Shown here: in pieces, positions 9,936 to 19,288 of the stretch
How positions within the stretch are numbered: the stretch's first letter is position 1
Layout: the number at the start of each line of letters is the position of its first letter
Origin: an uncultured Verrucomicrobiae bacterium
GTDB taxonomy: Bacteria > Verrucomicrobiota > Verrucomicrobiia > Limisphaerales > Palsa-1400
Assembly: GCA_963702845.1 (NCBI GenBank)
Contig: OY969763.1
Coordinates: 1,056,001 to 1,120,000, forward strand
DNA length: 64,000 nucleotides
Direction: 5' to 3'
Notes under the pieces: model-generated
The model's input: only the letters and a program-made list of their open reading frames with translations
What the model was told of the DNA's origin: nothing
The model's database searches: none
Program-made: the position numbers and the translations under genes

Positions 9936-11417
9936 ATGATCACTCGTCGCAATTGGCTCGTTTACGGAGTGCTCATTGCTGTCTGGATCATGCTCGTTGC
10001 GTGGCAGGTTGCCGAGCACATGCGCGTGCAACGGAATGCCCATCGTGCGTTGATTCATCGTGCCGAGGATATTTCCGATACTCTCGGTGTCGTCATGCGC
10101 TCGCAACGTCGTTTCGGCATCATCACTAAAGAACAATTGGAATCGGCGATGAAGGCTTTGGTCAAGCCCGGCGAAATCGATGCCATCGCGTTGCTCAACG
10201 CCTCCGGCGACGTCGTTGCTGCCGCTGGTGAAACAGTGGATGTCCAGAGCAAGGGTCTCACCTCGAGTGGCGAATACTGGGACAATCAAAATCTCGTCGT
10301 CATGAACCTGGTCGATCTCGGCACGAACATGACGCACGATCTCGAGTCCACGAACGTCACGCTTGTTCTGCCTCAAACCGAGCGCAGCCAATTGTTCAGT
10401 CGCACCAATCGACCACCATCACCGGAGGCCACAAATGAAGCGGGCCTTCCCACAACAAATCGTTTCGGTACTCGCGGCTCGCGCTGGACAAATGGTTTCC
10501 CCACATATTTTCGGAAACCCCCATGGATGAAAGATCCCGACTACAAAGCGCTGATCGAAAAACAAGGCGTGCATAGCTTTGCGTTGGTATTGTCGACACA
10601 AGCGATCACTGCCGCGGCCAACGACGATCTGTGGATGCGGCTGATGATCGTTGTTCTCGCTACGCTTGCAGCGGGCGGTGGTTTCATGGCCTGGCGCAAC
10701 GTCGCAAAAACTTCTGAACTTCAAATCCGTCTTGTCCGCGCGAGTGAGTTGAATTCGCACCTCAAGGAAATGAACCTCGCTGCCGCCGGCCTCGCGCATG
10801 AAACTCGAAATCCGCTCAATATCATTCGCGGACTCGCCCAGTTGATTTGCAAACAGGAAGATGTCTCACCGGAGGTTGCCCGGAAAACCCGCGACATCAT
10901 CAACGAAGCTGATCGGTTGACCGGGCAGCTCAATGAATTCATCAATTACTCACGCCCTCGTGAGGTGCGCCGAACCGCTGTTGACGTGCAATTCGTTGCT
11001 TCCGAAGTCGTGCGCGCGCTCAACTACGACATCGAAGAAAAGAAGATCATGCTGCAAGTTCCATCTGAGCCGTTGAAAATCCAGGCCGACGAACAACTCC
11101 TGCGCCAGGCTTTATTTAACCTGGTGCTGAACGCTATTCAGGCAGCCGATATCGGCGGAACGATTGATTTACGTTGTGGCAAGACTTCGCCGACCGATGC
11201 TTTCATCGAGATCCGCGATAACGGCCATGGCGTTGCCCCCGAAAATCGAGATGAAATTTTCAAACCATATTTTACCACGAACGAAAAAGGCACTGGCCTT
11301 GGCCTCGCCGTAGTTCAACAAATTGTCCTCGCGCACGGCTGGGAAATTGTCTGTCTGCCGAACGAACCAAAAGGCGCGATTTTGCGCATCGACCATGTTA
11401 AACTAGCTGCTGCATAA
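9936..11417 (+). CDS. Membrane sensor histidine kinase (ZraS/PilS-like)
   Basis: Two TMs, H-box 'AAGLAHETRNPL', N-box 'NLVLNAIQA', G boxes 'DNGHG', 'GTGLGL'. Confidence 0.93.
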   Translation: MITRRNWLVYGVLIAVWIMLVAWQVAEHMRVQRNAHRALIHRAEDISDTLGVVMRSQRRFGIITKEQLESAMKALVKPGEIDAIALLNASGDVVAAAGETVDVQSKGLTSSGEYWDNQNLVVMNLVDLGTNMTHDLESTNVTLVLPQTERSQLFSRTNRPPSPEATNEAGLPTTNRFGTRGSRWTNGFPTYFRKPPWMKDPDYKALIEKQGVHSFALVLSTQAITAAANDDLWMRLMIVVLATLAAGGGFMAWRNVAKTSELQIRLVRASELNSHLKEMNLAAAGLAHETRNPLNIIRGLAQLICKQEDVSPEVARKTRDIINEADRLTGQLNEFINYSRPREVRRTAVDVQFVASEVVRALNYDIEEKKIMLQVPSEPLKIQADEQLLRQALFNLVLNAIQAADIGGTIDLRCGKTSPTDAFIEIRDNGHGVAPENRDEIFKPYFTTNEKGTGLGLAVVQQIVLAHGWEIVCLPNEPKGAILRIDHVKLAAA

Positions 11418-11425
11418 TTGTATTT

Positions 11426-11451
11426 GGTAGGGCGTCACTCCGCGCGCGCCG
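11426..11451 (+). repeat. GTAG-type REP-like short palindrome
   Basis: GGTAG foot followed by an imperfect GGCGTCACTCCGCGCGCGCC hairpin in a 62-bp intergenic gap. Confidence 0.45.
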
Positions 11452-11479
11452 TTAGTCTGAGAGGACTGAAATAAAACAA

Positions 11480-12853
11480 TTGAATCAATCGAGTCCAAAT
11501 ATTGAATCTGCCAAACCTCGTGTCCTCATCGTCGATGATGATGCCAGCCAACGCAGCTTGCTTGATTCATTTTTAGGCGGGCAGGGTTTCGATACGATCG
11601 CGGTTGAATCTGGCGAGCGTGCCCTCGATGTCCTGCGCAAAGGTGGGGTGGACATGATGGTTTCCGACGTGCGCATGCCCGGTATATCCGGTCTCGAGAC
11701 GCTGCGCCTTGCTCGTCAGGAACACGCGCGCTTACCCGTTCTACTCGTCACAGCTTTTGCCGATATTCGTCAGGCGGTCGACGCCATGCGCGATGGCGCC
11801 GTCGATTATTTGGGCAAACCCATTGATCTCGACGAACTCCTCGCGTCAGTCCGGCACGCGACTGGTCTGGCGGAAAACGCGCCGCGCACTTTTAACGACT
11901 CACGAGAACTCCCGGCACAAGTCGTCGCGCAGAGTCCGCTCATGCAAGCGGTTTTTCGCGACATCTCGCTCGTCGCACCTTCCGAGAGCCGTGTTTTGAT
12001 TACTGGCGAAAGTGGCGTCGGCAAGGAAGTTATCGCCGACGTCATTCATCTTTGGAGCAAACGCGCCGATGGTCCGCTCGTTAAAGTAAACTGCGCCGCC
12101 ATTCCCGAAACGCTTTTGGAAAGTGAATTGTTTGGTCACGAAAAAGGCGCGTTTACCGGCGCGACCGCCCAGCGCATCGGCCGTTTCGAACAGGCCAACA
12201 ACGGGACGATCATGCTCGATGAAATAGCGGAAATGTCGCCGGGTTTGCAGGCCAAGCTTTTGCGCGTCACTCAAAACGGGTCATTTCAACGCATCGGTTC
12301 CAACACCGAAATTCGTTCCAATGCCCGAATTCTCGCTGCCAGCAATCGTAACCTCGAAGAAGAAGTTAAAAAGAACCGCTTCCGCGAAGATCTCTTTTAT
12401 CGCCTGAACGTCGTCGAGATGAACATCCCGCCATTGCGTGAACGTCCTGAGGACATCCTCGCATTGGCTCAAAAATTTCTCGACGAGCTAACCCAGGGAC
12501 GCGCGCGCTTGTCCGCTGCCGTAGGTGAACTGCTGCAAAACTATTCCTGGCCGGGCAACGTCCGTGAAGTGCGCAATGCCATGGAACGCGCTGCGTTATT
12601 ATCGCGGGGCGAAATGATTTTGCCCGAGCATTTGCCGATCCGCGTTCGAACCTCTTCGGAGCCCGCGCCTGCTCCGGTTATCGACGAACAAAAACTCGGC
12701 GATATTGAGCGTAGCGCGTTGCTGCTGGCGTTGAAGAAGCACGATTACAACCGCACCGAAACTGCCAAAGCCCTCGGTATCAGCCGGCGCGCGCTCATCT
12801 ACAAGCTCCAGCGCTTGCGCGAATTGGGCTATCAGATAGACTCTCCAGCGTGA
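11480..12853 (+). CDS. Sigma-54-dependent response regulator (NtrC family: receiver-AAA+-Fis HTH)
   Basis: Receiver 'VLIVDDD..SDVRMP', 'GESGVGKE', 'ESELFGHEKGAFTGA', HTH 'NRTETAKALGISRRAL'. Confidence 0.96.
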   Translation: MNQSSPNIESAKPRVLIVDDDASQRSLLDSFLGGQGFDTIAVESGERALDVLRKGGVDMMVSDVRMPGISGLETLRLARQEHARLPVLLVTAFADIRQAVDAMRDGAVDYLGKPIDLDELLASVRHATGLAENAPRTFNDSRELPAQVVAQSPLMQAVFRDISLVAPSESRVLITGESGVGKEVIADVIHLWSKRADGPLVKVNCAAIPETLLESELFGHEKGAFTGATAQRIGRFEQANNGTIMLDEIAEMSPGLQAKLLRVTQNGSFQRIGSNTEIRSNARILAASNRNLEEEVKKNRFREDLFYRLNVVEMNIPPLRERPEDILALAQKFLDELTQGRARLSAAVGELLQNYSWPGNVREVRNAMERAALLSRGEMILPEHLPIRVRTSSEPAPAPVIDEQKLGDIERSALLLALKKHDYNRTETAKALGISRRALIYKLQRLRELGYQIDSPA

Positions 12854-15663
12854 CCTCGCTTCAGCGGACCGCACTTAAGAATGTAAAATGCGAACTAGCG
12901 TCAGATGACCTGACGCGAACACTTTACGCTTCCGACGCCTCACTCCACCAAATTATGCCAAGCGCCGTCGCCTTCCCGCGAACGGCGCAAGAGGCGTCAG
13001 CTGCTGTCAAAGCCGCGGTTGATTCCGGCCTCTCGATTACACCGCGCGGCGCGGGAACCGGGCTCGTTGGTGGTGCGATTGGTGACGGACTCATTATCGA
13101 TTTCGGCAAATACAATCGCCAGATCTCAAACATCGATCTCGAGCGCGGCACGGTCCGCGTCGGCACTGGCGTTGTCCTTGATCAACTCAATGCCGCGCTA
13201 AAGCCGCACGGGTTTTGTTTTGGCCCGGACGTCGCCACGAGCGCGCGCGCGACAATCGGTGGGATGATCGCGAACAATTCCTCTGGTTCGCATTGTCCGT
13301 ATTACGGCTGCACCGCCGACCATGTGCGTTCAGTAGAAGTCGTGCTGGCCGACGGCAGCATCGAAACGCTCGGTATCAACGGCACTGATTCGCAGCGCAA
13401 CTACCAACTCAAAAAAATGGTGTTCGCGCGCAAGCCGGAGATTGAAGCGAACATGCCCGGCGATCTCCTCAAGCGCTGGCCGGGTTACAGCGTCGAACGC
13501 TTTCTGCGCGACCCGGCGCAATACAATCATTTGCTCGCCGGCAGCGAAGGCACGCTCGCGGCGATGGTTTCTGCCGAGCTGAAAATCGTTCCCATTCCCA
13601 AACGCAAAACTCTTGGCGTCGTGTTCTACGCGACGGTCGAAGAAGCAATGCAAGGCACAGTCGATCTGCTCGACCTCAAACCAGCGGCGATCGAACACGT
13701 CGACGACGTCCTCGCCGATCAAACCAAAGGCCAACTTGCTTTCAAAGCCGCGCGCGATTTACTCGAGCTTGACACCAAACCTTGCAAAGCGATGTTGTTC
13801 GTCGATTTCTTTGATGAGACCGGTGAGCAACTCGCCGAGTTCTCAAAGCGGAAACTTGGTTTACGCACATTGTCGGTCAGCGATCCTGCAACGATGGCTC
13901 TCGCCTGGAACATGCGCAAAGCCGGACTCTCGCTCGTTACCGGCTGCAAAGGCGCTTCGAAACCAGTCACGACAATCGAAGACGCCGCCGTTCGGCCACA
14001 ACAACTCCCTGCATATTACAAGGCCGTTCGAAGCATCCTCGAAAGCAAAAACCTTCACGCCTGCTATTACGGTCACGCTGCTTCGGGACTGTTGCACATT
14101 CGGCCTGTGCTCGATCTGCGCCAACCGGATGACCTGAAAAAATTTCGTGAAGTCTCGGACGAAGTCGCCGCCGTCGTGAAGCAGTTCAAAGGCTCGTTCT
14201 GCTCCGAACACGGCGTCGGCATGGCTCGCACCGAATACATGCCGATGCTCATGGGCAATGAGCTGATGCAGTTGTTCGCCGATATCAAAAATGTTTTCGA
14301 TCCGAAGAACGTTTTCAATCCCGGCAAGATCATCCCGAACGGTCGCTTCAAAATCGACAAAGACCTCCGCGCCCAAATCGACATCACCTTGCCGTTCGAG
14401 CCCGTCCTCGCTTTCGCGGCGAAAGACGAAGGCTTCATCGGCAACCTTGAACAATGCAACGGCTGCGGTGGTTGCCGCAAAGCGCCACCGACGATGTGTC
14501 CGACTTATGTCGCCACTGGCGAAGAAATCATGTCCACACGCGGCCGCGCCAACACCATTCGCGCCGCCGTCAGCCAACGCGGTAATCCCGAAGCGCTCAT
14601 ATCCGAAGAACTCGACGCCGCCCTCGCCAATTGTCTGGCCTGCAAAGCGTGCACGACCGAGTGCCCGTCGAACGTGAACCTGGCGCTGCTCAAAGCCGAA
14701 TTGCTCCACGCGCGCCACGAGAAATTCGGCATGACCTTGCGCGAACGCATTTTCAGCGCCGCCGATCGTCTCGGTCAGATGGGTTGCATCACGCCCGGCA
14801 TTGCCAATGCGATGCTTAAGTCGAAGCCGTTGCGCAAAGCGATGGAGAAATTCCTCGGCGTCGCCGCAAACCGTCCTTTGCCCGAATACACCAGCGAACG
14901 ATTCGACAAATGGTTCAATTCACGCGCAAAGAAAAACGGCAAGAACGGCAAACGTGGTCGCATCATTTTGTGGGACGATACCTTTGTGCGTTATCACGAG
15001 CCGCACATCGGCAAAGCTGCCGTCCAGGTTTTGGAAGCCGCTGGTTTCGAAGTCGCGCTCGTGGAAAATCGCCAATGCTGCGGACGTCCATCGTTTAGCC
15101 AGGGGGACCTGCATCGCGCCTCGGCGCTCGGTAAGCACAATCTCGAGATTCTCGCCGACGGCACCGAGCCGATCCTTTTCCTCGAACCGTCCTGCTACTC
15201 GATGTTCGCGGAGGACTACATCGAACTGAAACTGCCGCACGCCAGGAAAGTCAAAGCGCGTTGTTTCATTTTCGAGCATTTCATCGATCAATTGCTCACG
15301 CGCGAACCCGACGCGATCAAATTTAAAGCCACCTCGAACCCAATCGCGATCCACGCGCATTGCCACGCCAAATCGCTGCTCAATCCAGCGTTCATGAAGA
15401 AGCTGGCCGAACGCGTGCCGCAAGCCAAAGCAACATTGCTGGAGACCGGTTGCTGCGGTATGGCCGGTGGTTTCGGCGCGACTGCTTCGAAATATGAATT
15501 GTCGGTGAAAGTTGCCGAGCCGCTCATTGCGAAGCTCGCCGCTCAGCCGCAAGGCGCGACCGTCATTGCTTCCGGCACCAGTTGCCGGCATCAGATCGAT
15601 CACTTCAGCAGCCATAGTCATCCGCTGCATTTCGCCGAATATCTGGCAGCTCAACTCGCCTGA
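12850..15663 (+). CDS. FAD-linked oxidase / 4Fe-4S / CCG fusion oxidoreductase (YdiJ/GlcD-GlcF-like 2-hydroxyacid dehydrogenase)
   Basis: 'PRGAGTGLVG', 'ATIGGMIANNSSG', 'SEHGVG', CNGCGGC and CLACKACTTECP clusters, two CCG motifs. Confidence 0.9.
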   Translation: MTSLQRTALKNVKCELASDDLTRTLYASDASLHQIMPSAVAFPRTAQEASAAVKAAVDSGLSITPRGAGTGLVGGAIGDGLIIDFGKYNRQISNIDLERGTVRVGTGVVLDQLNAALKPHGFCFGPDVATSARATIGGMIANNSSGSHCPYYGCTADHVRSVEVVLADGSIETLGINGTDSQRNYQLKKMVFARKPEIEANMPGDLLKRWPGYSVERFLRDPAQYNHLLAGSEGTLAAMVSAELKIVPIPKRKTLGVVFYATVEEAMQGTVDLLDLKPAAIEHVDDVLADQTKGQLAFKAARDLLELDTKPCKAMLFVDFFDETGEQLAEFSKRKLGLRTLSVSDPATMALAWNMRKAGLSLVTGCKGASKPVTTIEDAAVRPQQLPAYYKAVRSILESKNLHACYYGHAASGLLHIRPVLDLRQPDDLKKFREVSDEVAAVVKQFKGSFCSEHGVGMARTEYMPMLMGNELMQLFADIKNVFDPKNVFNPGKIIPNGRFKIDKDLRAQIDITLPFEPVLAFAAKDEGFIGNLEQCNGCGGCRKAPPTMCPTYVATGEEIMSTRGRANTIRAAVSQRGNPEALISEELDAALANCLACKACTTECPSNVNLALLKAELLHARHEKFGMTLRERIFSAADRLGQMGCITPGIANAMLKSKPLRKAMEKFLGVAANRPLPEYTSERFDKWFNSRAKKNGKNGKRGRIILWDDTFVRYHEPHIGKAAVQVLEAAGFEVALVENRQCCGRPSFSQGDLHRASALGKHNLEILADGTEPILFLEPSCYSMFAEDYIELKLPHARKVKARCFIFEHFIDQLLTREPDAIKFKATSNPIAIHAHCHAKSLLNPAFMKKLAERVPQAKATLLETGCCGMAGGFGATASKYELSVKVAEPLIAKLAAQPQGATVIASGTSCRHQIDHFSSHSHPLHFAEYLAAQLA

Positions 15664-15666
15664 GTC

Positions 15667-15939
15667 ATCGGCCCCAACACACCGGTTCTTGTCACCAACG
15701 CTTCCGGCGTTGAGGCCAACGCGCTCATTGTTGGGTCCAACATTCCATCCGTTGAGGCCAACGGCGATCGCGTTGGGTGCAACGATGCATGCGTTGGCTT
15801 CAACGCCCCTTCTGTTGGGCCCAACCGCAACGGCGTTGGCGCCCACGGTGGCTCCGTTAGGCCCAACGACGGCTCCGTTGGCCCCGACGGCGGTACCGGT
15901 GGTCCCAACGGTCGCAGTGTTGGTTGCAGCAAAAATGGC
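15667..15939. repeat. Array of 13 units with 21-bp period: palindromic 12-mer GTTG-N4-CAAC + variable 9-mer
   Basis: Boxes start at 15667, 15688, 15709 ... 15919, each exactly 21 bp apart. Confidence 0.9.
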
Positions 15940-15962
15940 GCAACTCCCTTAATTGCAAGTTG

Positions 15963-16029
15963 TTAAAAACGTATTAAAAGCATTTACGTCGTTCTGCATT
16001 TGACGCCGCCCCTCTTTTCAAGACACTAT
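15963..16029 (+). promoter_or_regulatory. Candidate promoter with upstream AT-rich direct repeat
   Basis: TTAAAA repeated at 15963 and 15974 (11-bp period); TTGACG at 16000 and CACTAT at 16024. Confidence 0.4.
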
Positions 16030-16068
16030 CTGCGCCAGTGACCTGGCGTTTACCACTTAAAGGGAAGC

Positions 16069-17899
16069 ATGGATAGTATTGGTGTTCACCGCCCACGCAA
16101 CGTGGGTTGGAAGCGGGCGGCTGGCTTACTTTATGGTGACTGGGGCACGAGCAAGGCCTATGTCATCGGCGCGGCCTTTTACGCAACCGGCTACGCTTCG
16201 TTGCCGATGATCCTCGCGGTCTGCGCGCTGACCGGACTTGTCGGATACAATTATCGCATCATTTGCCGCCATTTTCCCGACGGCGGCGGCGTTTACTCGG
16301 CCGCGCGAAGCCAGAGCCGCCTGCTTGCCGTTGTCGGCGCGTTGATGCTTGTGGCCGACCTGACCGTCACCGCTTCGCTGAGCGGATTCCAAGCGTTCAC
16401 GTATCTGCTGAGCCATTTTCACCCCAGCAACGGCTGGCTTGTTTTCGCCACCATCGGTCTCATCTGTGGCGTCGGGGCTGTCAACGCTTACGGTCCGAAA
16501 CACTCCGGCAGCATGGCCGTTGTGCTTTGCGTGCCGATGGTGATCGTGGTCGTCGGTATCCTCGCGATGAGCGCGCCGCATTTGACGACCGTGCACCTTG
16601 AGAAAATGCAGGGCACCTTCAGGGAACACTGGACCGGGTTCGTGGCGATCATTCTGGCGCTGAGCGGTGTCGAATCCATTGCCAACATGACTGGGGTGAT
16701 GACGCTGGACAAGGGTTCAACGATGGACCACCCGCGAGTCGACAAAACTTCGGGCAAAGCCATTTTGTGGGTCGCGATCGAAGTCTGCATCGGCACGTCG
16801 CTGCTCGCCTGGGCCATGCTTTCGTTGCCGCAAACCTACAAAGCAGAACTGCACGATCGTTGGGAAGATATGCTGAACGTCCTCGCCGAAAAATACGGCG
16901 AGATGACGTTTCACAGCGCAGCGGCTGGACAGGTTTGCGGCTATATTACCGCAATTATCGTCGGCTTGCTGTTGCTCAGCGCTGTAAATACTGCGATCAG
17001 CGCTTTGATCGGCTTGTTCTATATGATGGCGCGCGACGGCGAAATGCCGCGACCTTTGTTGCGCCTCAATTCCCACGGCGTGCCGATTCTCCCGCTGGTT
17101 ATCGCCACTGCGCTGCCAATCCTGGTGTTGATTGCGTCGCCCGACACGATGTCACTGATGGAGCTTTATGCTATCGGTGTCGTCGGCGCGATCATGCTTA
17201 ACCTCGGTTCTTGCATCCTGAACAAGAAACTCGGGCTCAATTGGCGTGAAGTTTCTGTGATGAGCGTTACGTTTGTCATGTTGCTTGCAGTTGAATTCAC
17301 ACTCGCCAAAACGAAGCCCAACGCACTTTTCTTCATTGTCTGCATTCTTGTGGTCGGTCTTACCTTGCGTTCATGGTCGCAACGCCGCGCTGGATTGCGT
17401 ACCGTCACTGTCGCTGAACACGTCGCTGCAGCTGTTTCTCCGGAGCGAAGTGCGTGAATTCAAACTCAACCTTGTTCCTGGCCAAACTATTCTCGTCGCC
17501 GCCCGCGGCTTGACGCCTGTCTTCCGTTACGCGATGGAAGAAGCCCAACTGCGCCAGGGCACGCTTTACGTCCTTTACGTCAAAGAACTCGCCGTTAACT
17601 TGCCCGGCCCATTACCCACCGGCGAACGTCCCCGTTGGCAGGACGACAAACACGCTGCCGAGATCATGTATGGTATGGTCGATGCCGGGCAAGAAGAACA
17701 GCGTCACCGTCGTGCCGCTTTACACCATCAGCGAAAACCCGCGACCACGATTCTCGACATGTCCGCAACCCTCGGCGTCGACATCCTCGCCCTCGGCTCC
17801 GCCCATCGCAATCGTCTGGTCTCACTATTGAAAGGCGACGTCGTCACCGAAGTTGCCAAGAACCTTCCGGAGAACATTCAATTAGTAATTTACAGTTAA
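16069..17899 (+). CDS. APC-superfamily permease with C-terminal universal-stress-protein domain (frameshift at ~17450, compensating shifts at ~17690-17740)
   Basis: About 12 TMs, 'LYGDWGTSKAY', 'GGGVYS', 'LSGVESIAN'; downstream frame gives USP 'GVDILALGSAHRNRLVSLLKGDV'. Confidence 0.85.
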
Positions 17900-17950
17900 A
17901 GTTTGGAGCTTGGCGGTTGAAGTCTCTCTGAAGTTTGGAATTTGAAGTTC
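17899..17950. repeat. Heptamer tandem-repeat element between convergent genes
   Basis: aagtttg gagcttg gcggttg ... aagtttg gaatttg aagttc. Confidence 0.6.
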
Positions 17951-19243
17951 TACGACTGAACTTCCACTTTACCCTCACGCACCGGTTCTTTTACCGGTTC
18001 TGCCTGCACCAATCTCCCAAACTTCCGTATCTCCGGCCAAAACCCTGCCACGCCGCAACCGTGACAATCGTCGCAATACCTCCCGAAACCACCGAGAACA
18101 CCGGCCCCAGGTATTGGCTGACAGCTGCCAGATTCAAACCCACCCAATTCATTCGACGTTCCGATAAACAGATTGTTCACCGCCGAAACACGCCCACGCA
18201 TTTCATCCGGCGTCAATAATTGCACCAACGTATGCCGCACAATCACGCTGATGTTATCCGCGAACCCGCAGATAAACAGCGTCGACCATCGAAAACCAAA
18301 ACGAGCGCGAAATGCCAAACACAATCGTCGCCGCACCAAATACGCGACCGCAAAATTAATGAACGTCCCGCCTTTTGCATTGGTGGCCGATGCGCCATGT
18401 AAAGCGCGCACACCAGCGATCCAATCGGCAACGCCGCTTGCAACAGCCCAAGCCCTTGCGGGCCCACATGCAAAATCTCCTTCGCATACTGCGGCAACAG
18501 CGCGGTCGCGCCACCAAAGAACACCGCAAACAAATCCAACGTGATCGCGCCCGGAAATGATGCGGTTGCGAAATACAAAATGAAATCCGCCAATGAATAC
18601 TTTGCCAGCGAAAACTCCTGCTTCGGCGCAAGCTGTTGTTTGATGCGGACCATCAGCACCAACCCCAAACAGACGAAAACCGCCACTGCATTCGTCACGT
18701 AAACTGGCACGGCGCTATTCGTCAGCGCGATAATCGCTCCCCCGGCTGCCGGTCCCGCCACCGCTGAAAATTGAAAACTCGCTCGTCGCCCACGTCAGTG
18801 CGCGAGGGAACTCTTCGCGTGAGACCAACAGCGGCAAAAACGACGCGCTCGCCGACCATAGAAACGTTCGCGCAATTCCAGAGATAACCAAACACGCAAA
18901 AACCCAACCAACATTAATATGCGATACCGAAATGGCCGCCAGCCCGGCTGATGCCAGGCCCACAATTGCCAGCATGCTGACGATAACACGTTTGCGTTCG
19001 CGCGTGTCTGCGACGTGTCCGGCGGGCAACGTCATCAGGACCATGGGGACGAATTGCGTCAAGGCCCACCAAACCTAGATAGAGCGGGGACCGCGTGCGT
19101 TCGTATAACTCCCAACCGACGGCCACGGTCAGCATCTGCTGTCCGAACGAAGCGACGAATCTTCCTATGACGTACGGTAAAAAATTGCGGTTCCGAAGAA
19201 CCGCATACGGACTGTCGCTTGGGGGCGCCGACTGTGACTGCAC
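17950..19243 (-). CDS. MFS transporter (EntS/MFS_3-like), several indels
   Basis: Consecutive fragments '[14 protein letters not shown]', '[10 protein letters not shown]', '[17 protein letters not shown]', '[27 protein letters not shown]'. Confidence 0.85.
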
Positions 19244-19288
19244 GCTACTAGTGTTCCTGATTTTACCACGAGTGCAAGTATCGCGGCT

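Noticed and set aside
15661..15663. Selenocysteine read-through of the oxidoreductase TGA
   Set aside because: The protein is complete at this point, the position is not a Cys-equivalent site, and no convincing SECIS was recognised
15667..15939. CRISPR array interpretation of the 21-bp array
   Set aside because: 12-bp degenerate repeats and 9-bp spacers are far below CRISPR sizes; no cas genes or leader in the window
15512..15952. ORFs 15512-15952 (+), 15651-15932 (-) and 14920-15846 (-) as genes
   Set aside because: They overlap the oxidoreductase and stay open because of the GC-rich palindromic repeat; no RBS or recognisable domain
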